Positions 44,901 to 56,900 of a stretch of 64,000 nucleotides of DNA are shown here, piece by piece. Location of the stretch: assembly GCA_950097015.1 (NCBI GenBank), contig CATNEN010000039.1, positions 5,952,001 through 6,016,000 on the forward strand, in the 5' to 3' direction. The stretch's first letter is position 1, and every line of letters starts with the position of its first letter. A program made the position numbers and the translations under genes. The notes beneath the pieces are model-generated. The model did not search any database. It was given only the letters and a program-made list of their open reading frames with translations, and had not been told where the DNA came from. The stretch is from Macrostomum hystrix (Eukaryota > Animalia > Platyhelminthes).

Positions 44901-47900
44901 AAATGGGCAGAGTTGCCTCCTCGCTGTCTGCGGGTCTAGTGTCTCCAAATGATGTGCCAGTGCTCACAGCCCTGCTGTAAATATTTAATTTATTAATTAA
45001 CCGGCGATACTTTTTAGTCCTTTGAGAGGGATTTTAACAGCTAAATCCTTACTTTTCTATTTTTAGTAGTGTAAAGGGGTATCTATCACGAAGCGCTTTA
45101 TAATACATGGTGAATTACCGCATTATCAAAGGTGATTCACATTGCTCCAAATCCTGCCAACGACTCCGTGGTGTCCGTCTGCGGCCTGCGCGAGTGTCGC
45201 CTTCTCACACTGAGCCCGAGTGGCACCATCCAGGATTTGCTGGTTGTGACCACCGCGCTTGAGTCCAACACTCACATCATAAAATCCATCTGGCTGCCGG
45301 GTTCACCATCAGAATTGGCCATTGTCACTCCCAACTGCGTCAAGATCTTCAACACGGCGATCGATGTCATCAGTCCGCAGTACTACTTCCTCATTGCCGC
45401 TGGCAGCATTCGCGACGTCACGTTCATCGGCTCCGCCGCTGGCGATGGGCCCCGCCTATTGGCCATGTCCTCCAGCGGTGCCATCTACAGCCAGAAGCTC
45501 GAGCCAACCTGCGCAGCTGAGAGCATCGGTGCATTCACCATTGCCACCTGCTTGGAGTTCGCCAATCAGCTGCCCGGAGTGCGCGGCAGCGGCGGCTCTC
45601 CGGACCAGGTGAGGAACAGGACCGGTAATTCGACCCATCCATGACCCGACAGCTGTAAAACCCAACTGGCATCTGTCAGCTGATACCCCTCACCCATCTA
45701 GGATCTGTCAGCTGTTAACCCCTCACCCATCTAGGATCTGTCAGCTGTTAACCCCTCACCCATCTGGGATCTGTCAGCTGTTAACCCCTCACCCATCTAG
45801 GATCTGTCAGGTATTAGCCCCTTACCGTCTATGATCTATCAGCTGTTTAGGCCTCACTATCTATGGTCTGTCAGCTGTTTAGGCCTCACTATCTATGGTC
45901 TGTCAGCTGTTTAGGCCTCACTATCTATGGTCTGTCAGCTGTTTAGGCCTCACTATCTATGGTCTGTCAGCTGTTTAGGCCTCACTATCTATGGTCTGTC
46001 AGCTGTTTAGGCCTCACTATCTATGGTCTGTCAGCTGTTTAGGCCTCACTATCTATGGTCTCTGCTGTAAGTGAAATTGTAACTTTGTCTATCTCTTTGT
46101 CTAACACCAAAATGTTATGCTTCTGACGCGGCCTTTGACTCTGTGCACTTTTACAGAGCCGCGGCAAAGGCGGAGTCTCGTTGCACTACAGCGCCCCCCT
46201 GGGCGTCCTGCTGCACTCGTACACCTGCGGTGCCTCATTCTGCACCGCCGTGCCAACCACCCTAGCCGGCGAAATCGAAGGCGGCGGCGGCGTCCTAACC
46301 GCCAGGCATCATCGTATCGATGCTGACAGCTCGGCCAGTTCCAAGCCGGCCGCTCCTCTGACCGCCTGGCGCGACGTGCCCGGACATCCCGGCCTGCTGA
46401 GTGCCGTCAGGATTAGCAGCCTGGCTCCTGTTCTCATCAGCCTAGAGCCCGAGCTCATCACTAGCCTCGACCTGCACACTCCTGGCAACGGTGGCGGCGG
46501 CAGCGGCCGAACCAACCGATCAGCCGGCTTCCTGTGCGCCCGGGTGCCAACGGACGCTGGCGATGACGAGACCACCAGCGATTCGGCGCGCACCGTCTGT
46601 CTGACCTTGCAGGAGGATGGCGCCGTGCGATTCTACTTTGTTTCTAGCAGCCGGACTGGCCACTGGCTGCAGCCCGAGTTTTATCCCAGACTGCCTTCGG
46701 CCCTGGCCTCGTGGTCTGCAGTTCGCGGCGCAGCTTCCACTGATTCGGGAACTCGTTGGCTGGTGAGTTTTGCCCGATTAACTCGGTACCGCAGCAAGCG
46801 GCATTGTTTAAAGTGTCTCTTTTTAAAGCTACTTAGCTTCAAAGCTTTCACAGAAGTGTGTTAGCCCCCCACTACTTAAAAAATACTTCAAGTTCCGGTG
46901 TGCTCAAGTCGTGCTAGTCTCACTCCTCATTCCAGCTGTTTTCCTCAATCATTGTGCTCAAATACCGTATCATTGTGCTCAAGTACCGTATAATTGTGCT
47001 CAAGTCCTGTATCATTGTGCTCAAGTCCTATATCATTGTGCTTAAGTCAGGCCTCATCTACTATGCTCAAAGCTACAGCTTTAAAATGTTCACATCTTCC
47101 TCAGGCTGAGCGAAGCGGCCAGTCTCGCCCGGGTGCCAAGTCAAGAGCCTCCGGCGCTGGCGGCGTGGCCGCGTCCAGCTCTCATGGCGCCGACGATCCG
47201 TCCGGCTCCACCAGCCTGCCCGTGGACTTCTTCGAGAATTGTCAGGAGGACAAATCAGTGGAATTCGGCGGGCCTGACTTTCTGCATTGCTACACAGCGC
47301 AGCGACTCAAACAGCGCCTGTCAACCCAGGGTGACTACATTGCTTGCTCAAAATCTACCGGCGGTGAGCTTACTATTAAGAATCCGCGGCCAGCCCAGTC
47401 GGCCATAGTCGGTATCCGTGTTCACCTGGGCCTACTGGGCCTGGAACGGGTGCCGGTGTCGCTAGAAGTGCACGGCCGAGTGGTGCCAGTCCGCATGTCC
47501 CGACCGCGCTGGTTTGACCTGCCCTTCACCCGAGCCGAAATCCTGGCCTCCGACTCTGAGGTGTCGCTTAAATTCGGCCCCAGCGCTGACGCCGACGCCG
47601 TCACTATTATCGACGCTGTGAAGGTGTACGTGCAGGCCAAGTCGGCGCTGCGCTGGCCGGCGGACGCCGGCGCTTCGGCCGCATCCGGAGCCGCTCCAAC
47701 AGCCGCTCGGCAGGACCAGCAGCTCAAACTGGTCGGCGCGGAGGCTTTGTCCAGTCTGTCCGGGTTGGCCTCGCCTGAACCGGCTCCAACCAGCCGGGAC
47801 CGGGTGCTGCTGCTCGGCCTGGAGACCGCGGGCAGTCTGGCCGCGTTGGCGGTCGGCAGGCGGACGACGCCACAGTTGCAACAGAGACTGCCACTGCTTC

Positions 47901-50900
47901 GCGAAGCCGCCGTGCCGCTGTGCGAGAGTTTACTGCTCAGCCTGGCTCCAAAGCGCATCTGCGCCGAGGCCTTGCGCTACCTGCGCGCTGTGCACAACGG
48001 GGCGAAGGACTTTCACAAGGTAGGCCCGGAAATTGTTAGGAAAGTTACAAAGAGATAAAAAAGTCTTGGTAGAATGAGTTGGTAGAAATGATAATAATTC
48101 TCCTGAAGTTGCATATAATTTGCATCACACACCCAGGCCAAGGACGCGACAATTTTGCGCCACTGCGTCAGCCAGCTTCAACAGATGTCGCCTTCCATTA
48201 GTTCAGCGCCTATTGACCAGCTCCTGCTAGTTCACCTGGTTGGCCTGTTGCACGACATCGGCCAATCGCGTCCCCGCAGCCTCCTGCAGCTACCGGAGCC
48301 AGGCGCCGATCTTGTCCAGCTGCTGTGGGACTGCGCCAAGCGGGCCCTGGCGGAACGGCCCGCCGATGCGACCGGCCTTCACAGGCTAGGACTGGGCCCG
48401 CCGCCGCCAGTTGAAGCGCTGGTAGTGCCGCTGGTTCACACTCTGCATGCCTGCTGTCGCGCCAATGACAGTTTAGTGGCGCGGGTGACGGCCATCTACT
48501 CGGAGCTGCTGTTGCACGACTTCACCGAAGCGGCGCACGCCTGTCGGCAGGCGCTCGGACAGTTGCTTCGTCGGTATAGCGAGCCTCACTCTGGGAGCAA
48601 GCAGCAGCAGCAGCAGATGCAGCGCAGGCATCACAAGCATCGTGAGCATGAGCAGGCAGGTCATCAGCGCCCCACTTCGGCTGCTCAGGAAGCATCCACA
48701 ACTTCAGCGAGCGTTGGCGGCGCTCCTAGTGGTAGATCGCGTCGTTTGGGACTTCATCGACGACAGCGCCGGCAGCAGCAGCAGCAGCACCAACATTCTG
48801 AGGATCAACAGCAGCCAGCCTCGGTTGAAGAACCAGGCGGGGCAGCTCCGCCAACGCCGCCTCCACCGCCCGCGGCTGCACAGCAGTTGGCTGACAACGC
48901 AGTCGCCGCCGCTGTGGCCGCTGCCGAATTCGATCACGATGCAATGGAAGAGGAAGAGGACGACGACGCCTTGATGGTCGGAGAAGAGGAGCGCGACGCT
49001 GAAGAGGAAATGGAGGAGGAAGATGACGAGGACGACGAGGATCCAATGCACCTTGGCGCGGCGCTGCTTCAGGTGGCGCAAGGATTCGATGGTGGACAGT
49101 TGGATGATCAGGTGCGTTAATTGCATAGATCCTGCTTCTGTGACGTCGGAAATTTTTTTTGAGTATATTATTATATGTATTGGTCTCCAAATATTTGCAG
49201 GACCAGCTGGCTCTAGCCATTCAGCTGAGCCTGCAGGAGGGCCAGTCTGGAGGCGGCTCCGGCAGCGCAGGCGGCGGCAGCGGCGCAGAGCACATGGCCC
49301 AGCTGCTGCAGCAGCATCACCAGGAGCAGCAGCAGCATCACGATGTAGTCGAGATCGACGACGATGACGACGACGACGACGATGAAGACGAAGAAGACGA
49401 TGATGATGACGACGTTGATGATGAGGAAATGAACGCTGCGGCTGCGGCTGCTGAGATGCACCTTGCCGACCAGGTCATGGCCGCCGCGATGGAGCTCGAT
49501 GCTGCAGCAGCCGCAGCCTCAACCGGCGCTTCGGCCGGCTCCGAGAGCTTCGACATTGCCAGCCAGCCGGCCTTGTCTGCCGCCGCGGCGACGGCTGCTA
49601 CAAACTCCGATGGCGACAGTGACGCCGGCGTCACCGCCACGGCCACCGCTGCGACGGTTTCAACTGGATCCGCTTGCGGTGGCGCCAGGCGACCCCAGCC
49701 GCGGATGAGTCTAGAAATCCGTCGGGCCCTGCTGGCTCGCCTGCACGACTGCCTGCCAAAAATGCATGCCGGATCCCGCTGCGTGCCCTTCCTGCTCCAG
49801 CTCTATCCGCTGCTGACCGCCGCTGCTTCTAAGGCGCCGCAGTCAGACGATGCCATTGTCACTGACTGTCTAGAAGCTCTGTTCCGCCTATTGCCAGCGT
49901 TTGATACCGTCAGCGCGTCGGCATTCTGCCAGCGGACCTCTCGCAATGAACTCTCCCTGATGGTGCTCAGACTGCTCAGCGAACTGCTGGCTGCCAAACT
50001 GTCCGGCGTCGGCGAAGCTATCGCCAGGCGTCTGCTGCTGCCAGCCGGTGAAGATGGCCAGGCAGCCAACTTTCTGGACTTTGCGCTGGCGTGCATCAAA
50101 GAGCTGAATCGGTGTGTAGTTTCATAATGTTTATATAGTCAAACGCCTCGTATCTAATTATTGCATCTGCTCCTTTTAAAGTCAGTTTTCCCGGTTATAC
50201 TTTTCGTCAGGTCGCAGCAGCTTGTCGGCGACAGCGCGTCTGCCTCGTCTGCCTCCCCTGCCTCCGGAGGCTCCGCCGCGGCCACTAGCGACTTCCACGA
50301 GCATCAGCAACATCAACAGCAGCAGCAGCAGCATTCGCCAGGAGGTGGCGGCGGAGGCAGCGGCGGTGCCGCTGTACTGCGCCTGGCCCTGCCGGATCGA
50401 CTGCCCGACTGTTCGCCGCTACTGTCGCGCGAATACGTCAGGCAGCATCACTCCGACCTGCTGAGCGGCTATGCCCAGCTGCTAACTGACCTGGCATTCC
50501 GCCTGCCAACCCAGCTGTGCCATCAGCGTCAGCAGCACCAGCTGTCTGTGCAGTTCAGCGACGCCTGGTACTCGGTGCTGTGCGAGCTGACCGCCGGCTC
50601 CTGCGTTAGGCGACAGGCCCGCCGCCTGCTCCTGGCTGCCGCAGCCGACTCCAAGCATCTGGTGCGCAGGAAGCGCGATCTTCACGCCTACGCCAATCAC
50701 ACTGGCCGGGTGCGCGACATCTGCGCTGCCCGGCCTGACGAAGAGCTTCAGCTGTCCTACCAATCCCTGCTGTCCGTGATGGAGAGTCTGAAAGCCTGCA
50801 TCGCCCTGGCGCAGGCTCGGCCCGGCAACTGGCAGTGGCACTGCTGCCGTGAGCAGCCCGACTCCGCTGAGACCACCGTCGCCTTCCTGCTGCGGGCTGC

Positions 50901-53900
50901 CGTTTCTTGCGCTGACAGCGACCTGGCCGAGAGCTTCCTTCAGCTGCTGCTGCTGGCCGTATGCCAGGTGGCAACCAGCGGCCATCATCAGCAGCAGCAG
51001 CATCAGCCCGTCTTGACACTGCCGACTTCTGCAGCCACCGCCGAGTCGTCGGACATGAACATTCCACCGGAGAGCGGCACCTTCAGCGACTCTCTCGCCG
51101 GTCAGCTTGTCCGCCAGTTTGTTGCCGCCTTCTTCAGCCCGCAGCAGCCGCCGGAGCTGCAACAGCCGCTTCAGCAGCTCCTGCTGCGCTTTGTCAAATA
51201 CTTCCTGTGCCACAGCAGCTCGGCCAGTGTGCGCGCTGATGCGCACGCCTTCTTGTTCTCGCTTCATCGTCACTCGGCTGGCCAGCCCGACTGCCAGCTC
51301 GGCCTCCTTCAGCTGGTTTGGCGCCTCTGGCCCGAGCTGCCAACCTTCAGCTCACGGGCCGAGCGCTACGTTGACCTTCTTGGCTACCTTCTACTGCGCT
51401 GCAACCAGCTTGATAGGAGCGCCAGGGCGAACTACTGTCAACAGGTGCTGGACATGCTGACGGCTGAAAATGCCCGCCTAACTGGACACACCAACTTTGA
51501 TCTGTACACCCGGCTCCAGAACTTCATGGATTTGGAGGGCTTCTATCTGGAACAGGAGCCCTGCCTTGTGTGCCACGAGCCCGACCAGTCCTTTGTGCTG
51601 CTCAAACTAATGGAAATCAAGTCTGAGGTGAGACCCGAGCTAATGTCTGATCCGTCACCTGCTCTGATTCTTACCTCACCTCACCTCACCGCTGACACAA
51701 ACATATCTGCTCTGCCACTCACTCACTCACTCACCTGCTCTGCCACTCACTCACTCACCTGCTCTGCCACTCACTCACTCACCTGCTCTGCCACTCACTC
51801 ACTCACCTGCTGCCAATCCAGGTAAAGTTCTCCTCCCAGCGGCACATCTTCAAGCTGGACGGCAGCTACACAATCAGTCGCATCGCAGTTCGCCTATCGG
51901 AGATCAAACGCGGCCGGATGATTCGCTGCGTTGACGTCCTCTACAACGGCAAATCCGGCCTGAACATCACGGACCTAAAGAACAATCGCAGCCTGTGGAG
52001 CCTAGCCAAGCGAGTGTCGCTGTCCCCATCGCAGTCTGAAATCATTGCCGAATTCTCCATCCCAATCGTAGCCTGCAGCCTGATGTTTGAGTACTCGGAC
52101 TTCTACGAGACCAGCTCCGTCATGGCCGAGAACATGCACTGCCCCCGCTGCAGCCAGTCGGTGCCCGTGCAGCCGGGCGTCTGTCCCAACTGCAACGAGA
52201 ACGTCTTCCAGTGCGTCAAGTGCCGCCACATCAACTACGATGAGCGGGACGCCTTTCTCTGCACCTATTGCGGACATTGCCGCTATGTGAAGTTTGACTT
52301 CAGGTGGGAAACAACCGCGTTTTCCCCAATCCTCCTAGCTCCTCCCATCTCCCTTAGCTCCCTCCCATCTCCCCTAGCTCCCTCCCATCTCCCCTAGCTT
52401 CGTCCCATCTCCCCTAGCTCCCTCCCATCTCCCCTAGCTCCCTCCCATCTCCCCTAGCTCCCTCCCATCTCCCCTAGCTCCCTCCCATCTCCCCTAGCTC
52501 CCTCCCATCTCCCCTAGCTTCCTCCCATCTCCCCTAGCTCCCTCCCATCTCCCCTAGCTCCCTCCCATCTCCCCTAGCTCCCTCCCATCTCCCCTAGCTC
52601 CCTCCCATCTCCCCTAGCTCCCTCCCATCTCCCCTAGCTCCCTCCCATCTCCCCTAGCTCCCTCCCATCTCCCCTAGCTCCCTCCCATCTCCCCTAGCTC
52701 CCTCCCATCTCCCCTAGCTCCCTCCCATCTCCCCTAGCTCCCTCCCATCTCCCCTAGCTCCCTCCCATCTCCCCTAGCTCCCTCCCATCTCCCCTAGCTC
52801 CCTCCCATCTCCCCTAGCTCCCTCCCATCTCCCCTAGCTCCCTCCCATCTCCCCTAGCTTCCTCCCATCTCCCCTAGCTCCCTCCCATCTCCCGTAGCTT
52901 CGTCCCATCTCCCCTAGCTTCCTCCCATCTCCCCTAGCTCCCTCCCATCTCCCCTAGCTCCCTCCCATCTCCCCTAGCTCCCTCCCATCTCCCCTAGCTC
53001 CCTCCCATCTCCCCTAGCTCCCTCCCATCTCCCCTAGCTCCCTCCCATCTCCCCTAGCTCCCTCCCATCTCCCGTAGCTTCGTCCCATCTCCCCTAGCTT
53101 CCTCCCATCTCCCCTAGCTCCCTCCCATCTCCCCTAGCTCCCTCCCATCTCCCCTAGCTCCCTCCCATCTCCCCTAGCTCCCTCCCATCTCCCCTAGCTC
53201 CCTCCCATCTCCCCTAGCTTCCTCCCATCTCCCCTAGCTTCCTCCCATCTCCCCTAGCTTCCTCCCATCTCCCCTAGCTCCCTCCCATCTCCCCTAGTTC
53301 CCTCCCATCTCCCCTAGCTTCCTCCCATCTCCCCTAGCTCCCTCCCATCTCCCCTAGCTCCCTCCCATCTCCCCTAGCTTCCTCCCATCTCCCCTAGCTC
53401 CCTCCCATCTCCCCTAGCTTCCTCCCATCTCCCCTAGCTCCCTCCCATCTCCCCTAGCTTCGTCCCATCTCCCCTAGCTTCCTCCCATCTCCCCTAGCTT
53501 CCTCCCATCTCCCCTAGCTCCCTCCCATCTCCCCTAGCTCCCTCCCATTTCCCCTAGCTCCCTCCTATCTCCTTGCAGCTCGCTCCAATTCCCGCTAACT
53601 ACAATATTCTTAAACACACTATAATATCGTATTTCTTACCTTTACCTTCCTTAACTAGTTCAACTTTCCTCAAATCCAATATCAAAATGCCCAATGCCAG
53701 CAGTCTGAACTAATCTGAATCATTCTGCTCTCATAATTGCAGCGTCACAGCCCGACCCTGCTCTGAGTGGGACGTCATCGAGGACGAAGCCGGCCGACAG
53801 AAGACTCTGGCCGCTGTGCAGTCGCTGCTAGAGCAGGCGGACAAGAAGAACCGCACCCTGATGACTCACCGGGCCTCTATTGAGGCCGCCCTAGCTCAGC

Positions 53901-56900
53901 TGGCCAATCGGCGCAGCGTTTTCCACCAGTCGGCCGGATCTGCTGGCGGCTCGAACTCGTCTGCTGAAGCTGGCGCGGCCGCTGAAAAGCCAAAGACGGT
54001 GAGAATTTAGCAACTTAATATCAAACTATTAATTCTGGGGATTTGGAATATGGCAGATTCATGGTGGATCTGGGATAATGTCAGATTTGTTTGTGGGGAT
54101 CTTGGAGGATAGCAGATTCATTGTGGGGATCTTGGCGGATAGCAGATTCATTGTGGGGATCTTGGCGGATAGCATGCTAATTATGGGGATCTTGGCGGAT
54201 AGCATGCTAATTATGGGGATCTTGGCGGATAGCATGCTAATTGTGGGGATCCTGGCGGATAGCATGCTAATTATGGGGATCTTGGAGGATAGCATGCTAA
54301 TTATGGGGATCTTGGCGGATAGCATGCTAATTATGGGGATCTTGGCGGATAGCATGCTAATTATGGGGATCTTGGAGGATAGCATGCTAATTATGGGGAT
54401 CTTGGCGGATAGCATGCTAATTATGGGGATCTTGGCGGATAGCATGCTAATTATGGGGATCTTGGAGGATAGCATGCTAATTATGGGGATCTTGGCGGAT
54501 AGCATGCTAATTGTGGGGATCCTGGCGGATAGCATGCTAATTATGGGGATCTTGGAGGATAGCATGCTAATTATGGGGATCTTGGCGGATAGCATGCTAA
54601 TTATGGGGATCTTGGCGGATAGCATGCTAATTATGGGGATCTTGGAGGATAGCATGCTAATTATGGGGATCTTGGCGGATAGCATGCTAATTATGGGGAT
54701 CTTGGCGGATAGCATGCTAATTGTGGGGATCCTGGCGGATAGCATGCTAATTGTGGGGATCTTGGCGGATAGCATGCTAATTGTGGGGATCTTGGCGGAT
54801 AGCATGCTAATTGTGGGGATCTTGGCGGATAGCATGCTAATTATGGGGATCTTGGCGGATAGCATGCTAATTGTGGGGATCCTGGCGGATAGCATGCTAA
54901 TTGTGGGGATCCTGGCGGATAGCATGCTAATTATGGGGATCTTGGAGGATAGCATGCTAATTATGGGGATCTTGGCGGATAGCATGCTAATTGTGGGGAT
55001 CCTGGCGGATAGCATGCTAATTATGGGGATCTTGGAGGATAGCATGCTAATTATGGGGATCTTGGCGGATAGCATGCTAATTGTGGGGATCTTGGCGGAT
55101 AGCATGCTAATTATGGGGATCTTGGAGGATAGCATGCTAATTGTGGGGATCTTGGAGGATAGCATGCTAATTGTGGGGATCTTGGAGGATAGCATGCTAA
55201 TTGTGGGGATCTTGGAGGATAGCATGCTAATTGTGGGGATCTTGGAGGATAGCAGATTCATTGTGGGGATCTTGGAGGATAGCAGATTCATTGTGGGGAT
55301 CTTGGAGGATAGCAGATTCATTGTGGGGATCTTGGAGGATAGCAGATTCATATTGTGAAGATTGTAGATTATTGCCGGGATCTGAGAGGACAGATCAATA
55401 CTAGAATATAAAAGGGTAGTAGATCAGTTGTAGGTATCTAGGAGTATTGGAGGTTAATTGTGGGAACCATAGTAGAAACCTTGGTTATATAGCGTATCTG
55501 TTTCGGGACGCTAGGAGCATAGCTAATCTACTCGTATTCTCCCTTTCGCTAATCCTCTCGCCGATCCAATCTAACGCCAGGTGATCTCTGTCAAGCAGTC
55601 GGGCAGTGGCGGCAGCGCTGCCGCAGCTGCTGCCAGTCTGGCCTTGGCCGCTGCTGGCGCCATCGATCCGGCCATTAACACGGCGGCTGGCAAGTACTGT
55701 GTTGACTGCAAGTCGACATTCGCCGAATTGACCCGCCTTCTGCAGAAGGTCACTTCAGCTAGGCGTCAGCTGTTCCTCTACGACAACAGGCACTCGGCTC
55801 TGTCAGCGCCGGCCAGCGGCCAAAATCTGCAACGCTCCGTGTCCATCGCTCTGTCCACCAGGCGGCTAACCTGCTTCGGCTGCGCCACAGCCAGCGTCAG
55901 CCAGTGCCTGGCCCTGCTAACCGCTCTGGTGTCCGATCCGGCCGCCAAGGCTGTGCTACACGAGCAGGTACATTATTAAAACTCGCAATTCGGTGGCAAA
56001 ATGAGGTAGTTAGGGGAAGCCATATAGGTAATTAAACTAATTAGTTAGACAGGTAGGTAGGCAGAGGGAGACAGGTAGGTAGGCAGAGGGAGACAGGTAG
56101 GTAGGCAGAGGGAGACAGGTAGGTAGGCAGAGGGAGACAGGTAGGTAGGCAGAGGTAGACAGGTAGGCAGGCAGAGGTAGACAGAGTGAGACTTCAGAGT
56201 AGACAGAGCTGTACAGGTAGGGAGACAGGTATTTAGATAGAGACAGGTAGGTAGCCATCAGAGATCCCTAAATCACACAAGTGTGTACGTCTGCCTTGAC
56301 TTTCTCTTCGCGAGGCAGTGTGCCTCGAACACTGGTTTACAAAGCTTGACATCAAATACCAGAAACACAGCATAACCTGCCATCTCGCACATCCAGGGCC
56401 TGGTTGAGAGCCTTCTAGGTTTCCATGGCGACGTAAAGCACATTGTGTGCCTCATCACCAAGGACAGCGAGCCGGCCTGTAGGCGCCTCTGCGCTCACCT
56501 GCTGCAGCGACTGCGCGAGTCGCTAGCCGCTCACGGTGTGTCAGGCGGTAACGACGGCATTAGCGGTGACTCCGTCTCAACTGTTGGCGGCCCGCCGCCT
56601 CCTTTAAGTGTGCGCGCCGAAGTCGACCTTCTGCTGGACAATGCCCGCCTATTGGATTCGCTCTGGGAGCGTCGGCTCGCCTGTATGGTGTCGGCGTTTC
56701 ATCTGGCTGTACGCAGTGACGGCTACGGTGGCAGTCGCAGTCGTGGCGATGTCGGCAGCCAGCAGCCGATTGTGCAGGTCTGTCGTCAGGCTTCTTTCTG
56801 CTATCCTTCCAGATCCCCAAAATGAATCTGCTATCCTCCATTATCCCCAAAAAATGAATCTGCTATCCTCCATTATCCCCAAAAAATGAATCTGCTATCC

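Noticed and set aside
37226-51460. Numerous antisense and alternate-frame ORFs overlapping UBR4 exons
   Set aside because: Expected shadows of GC-rich coding sequence with no recognisable domains.
54059-55358. 426- and 430-aa repeat-protein ORFs on both strands
   Set aside because: Artefacts of a stop-poor 30-bp unit inside a GT-AG intron whose flanking exons join in frame.
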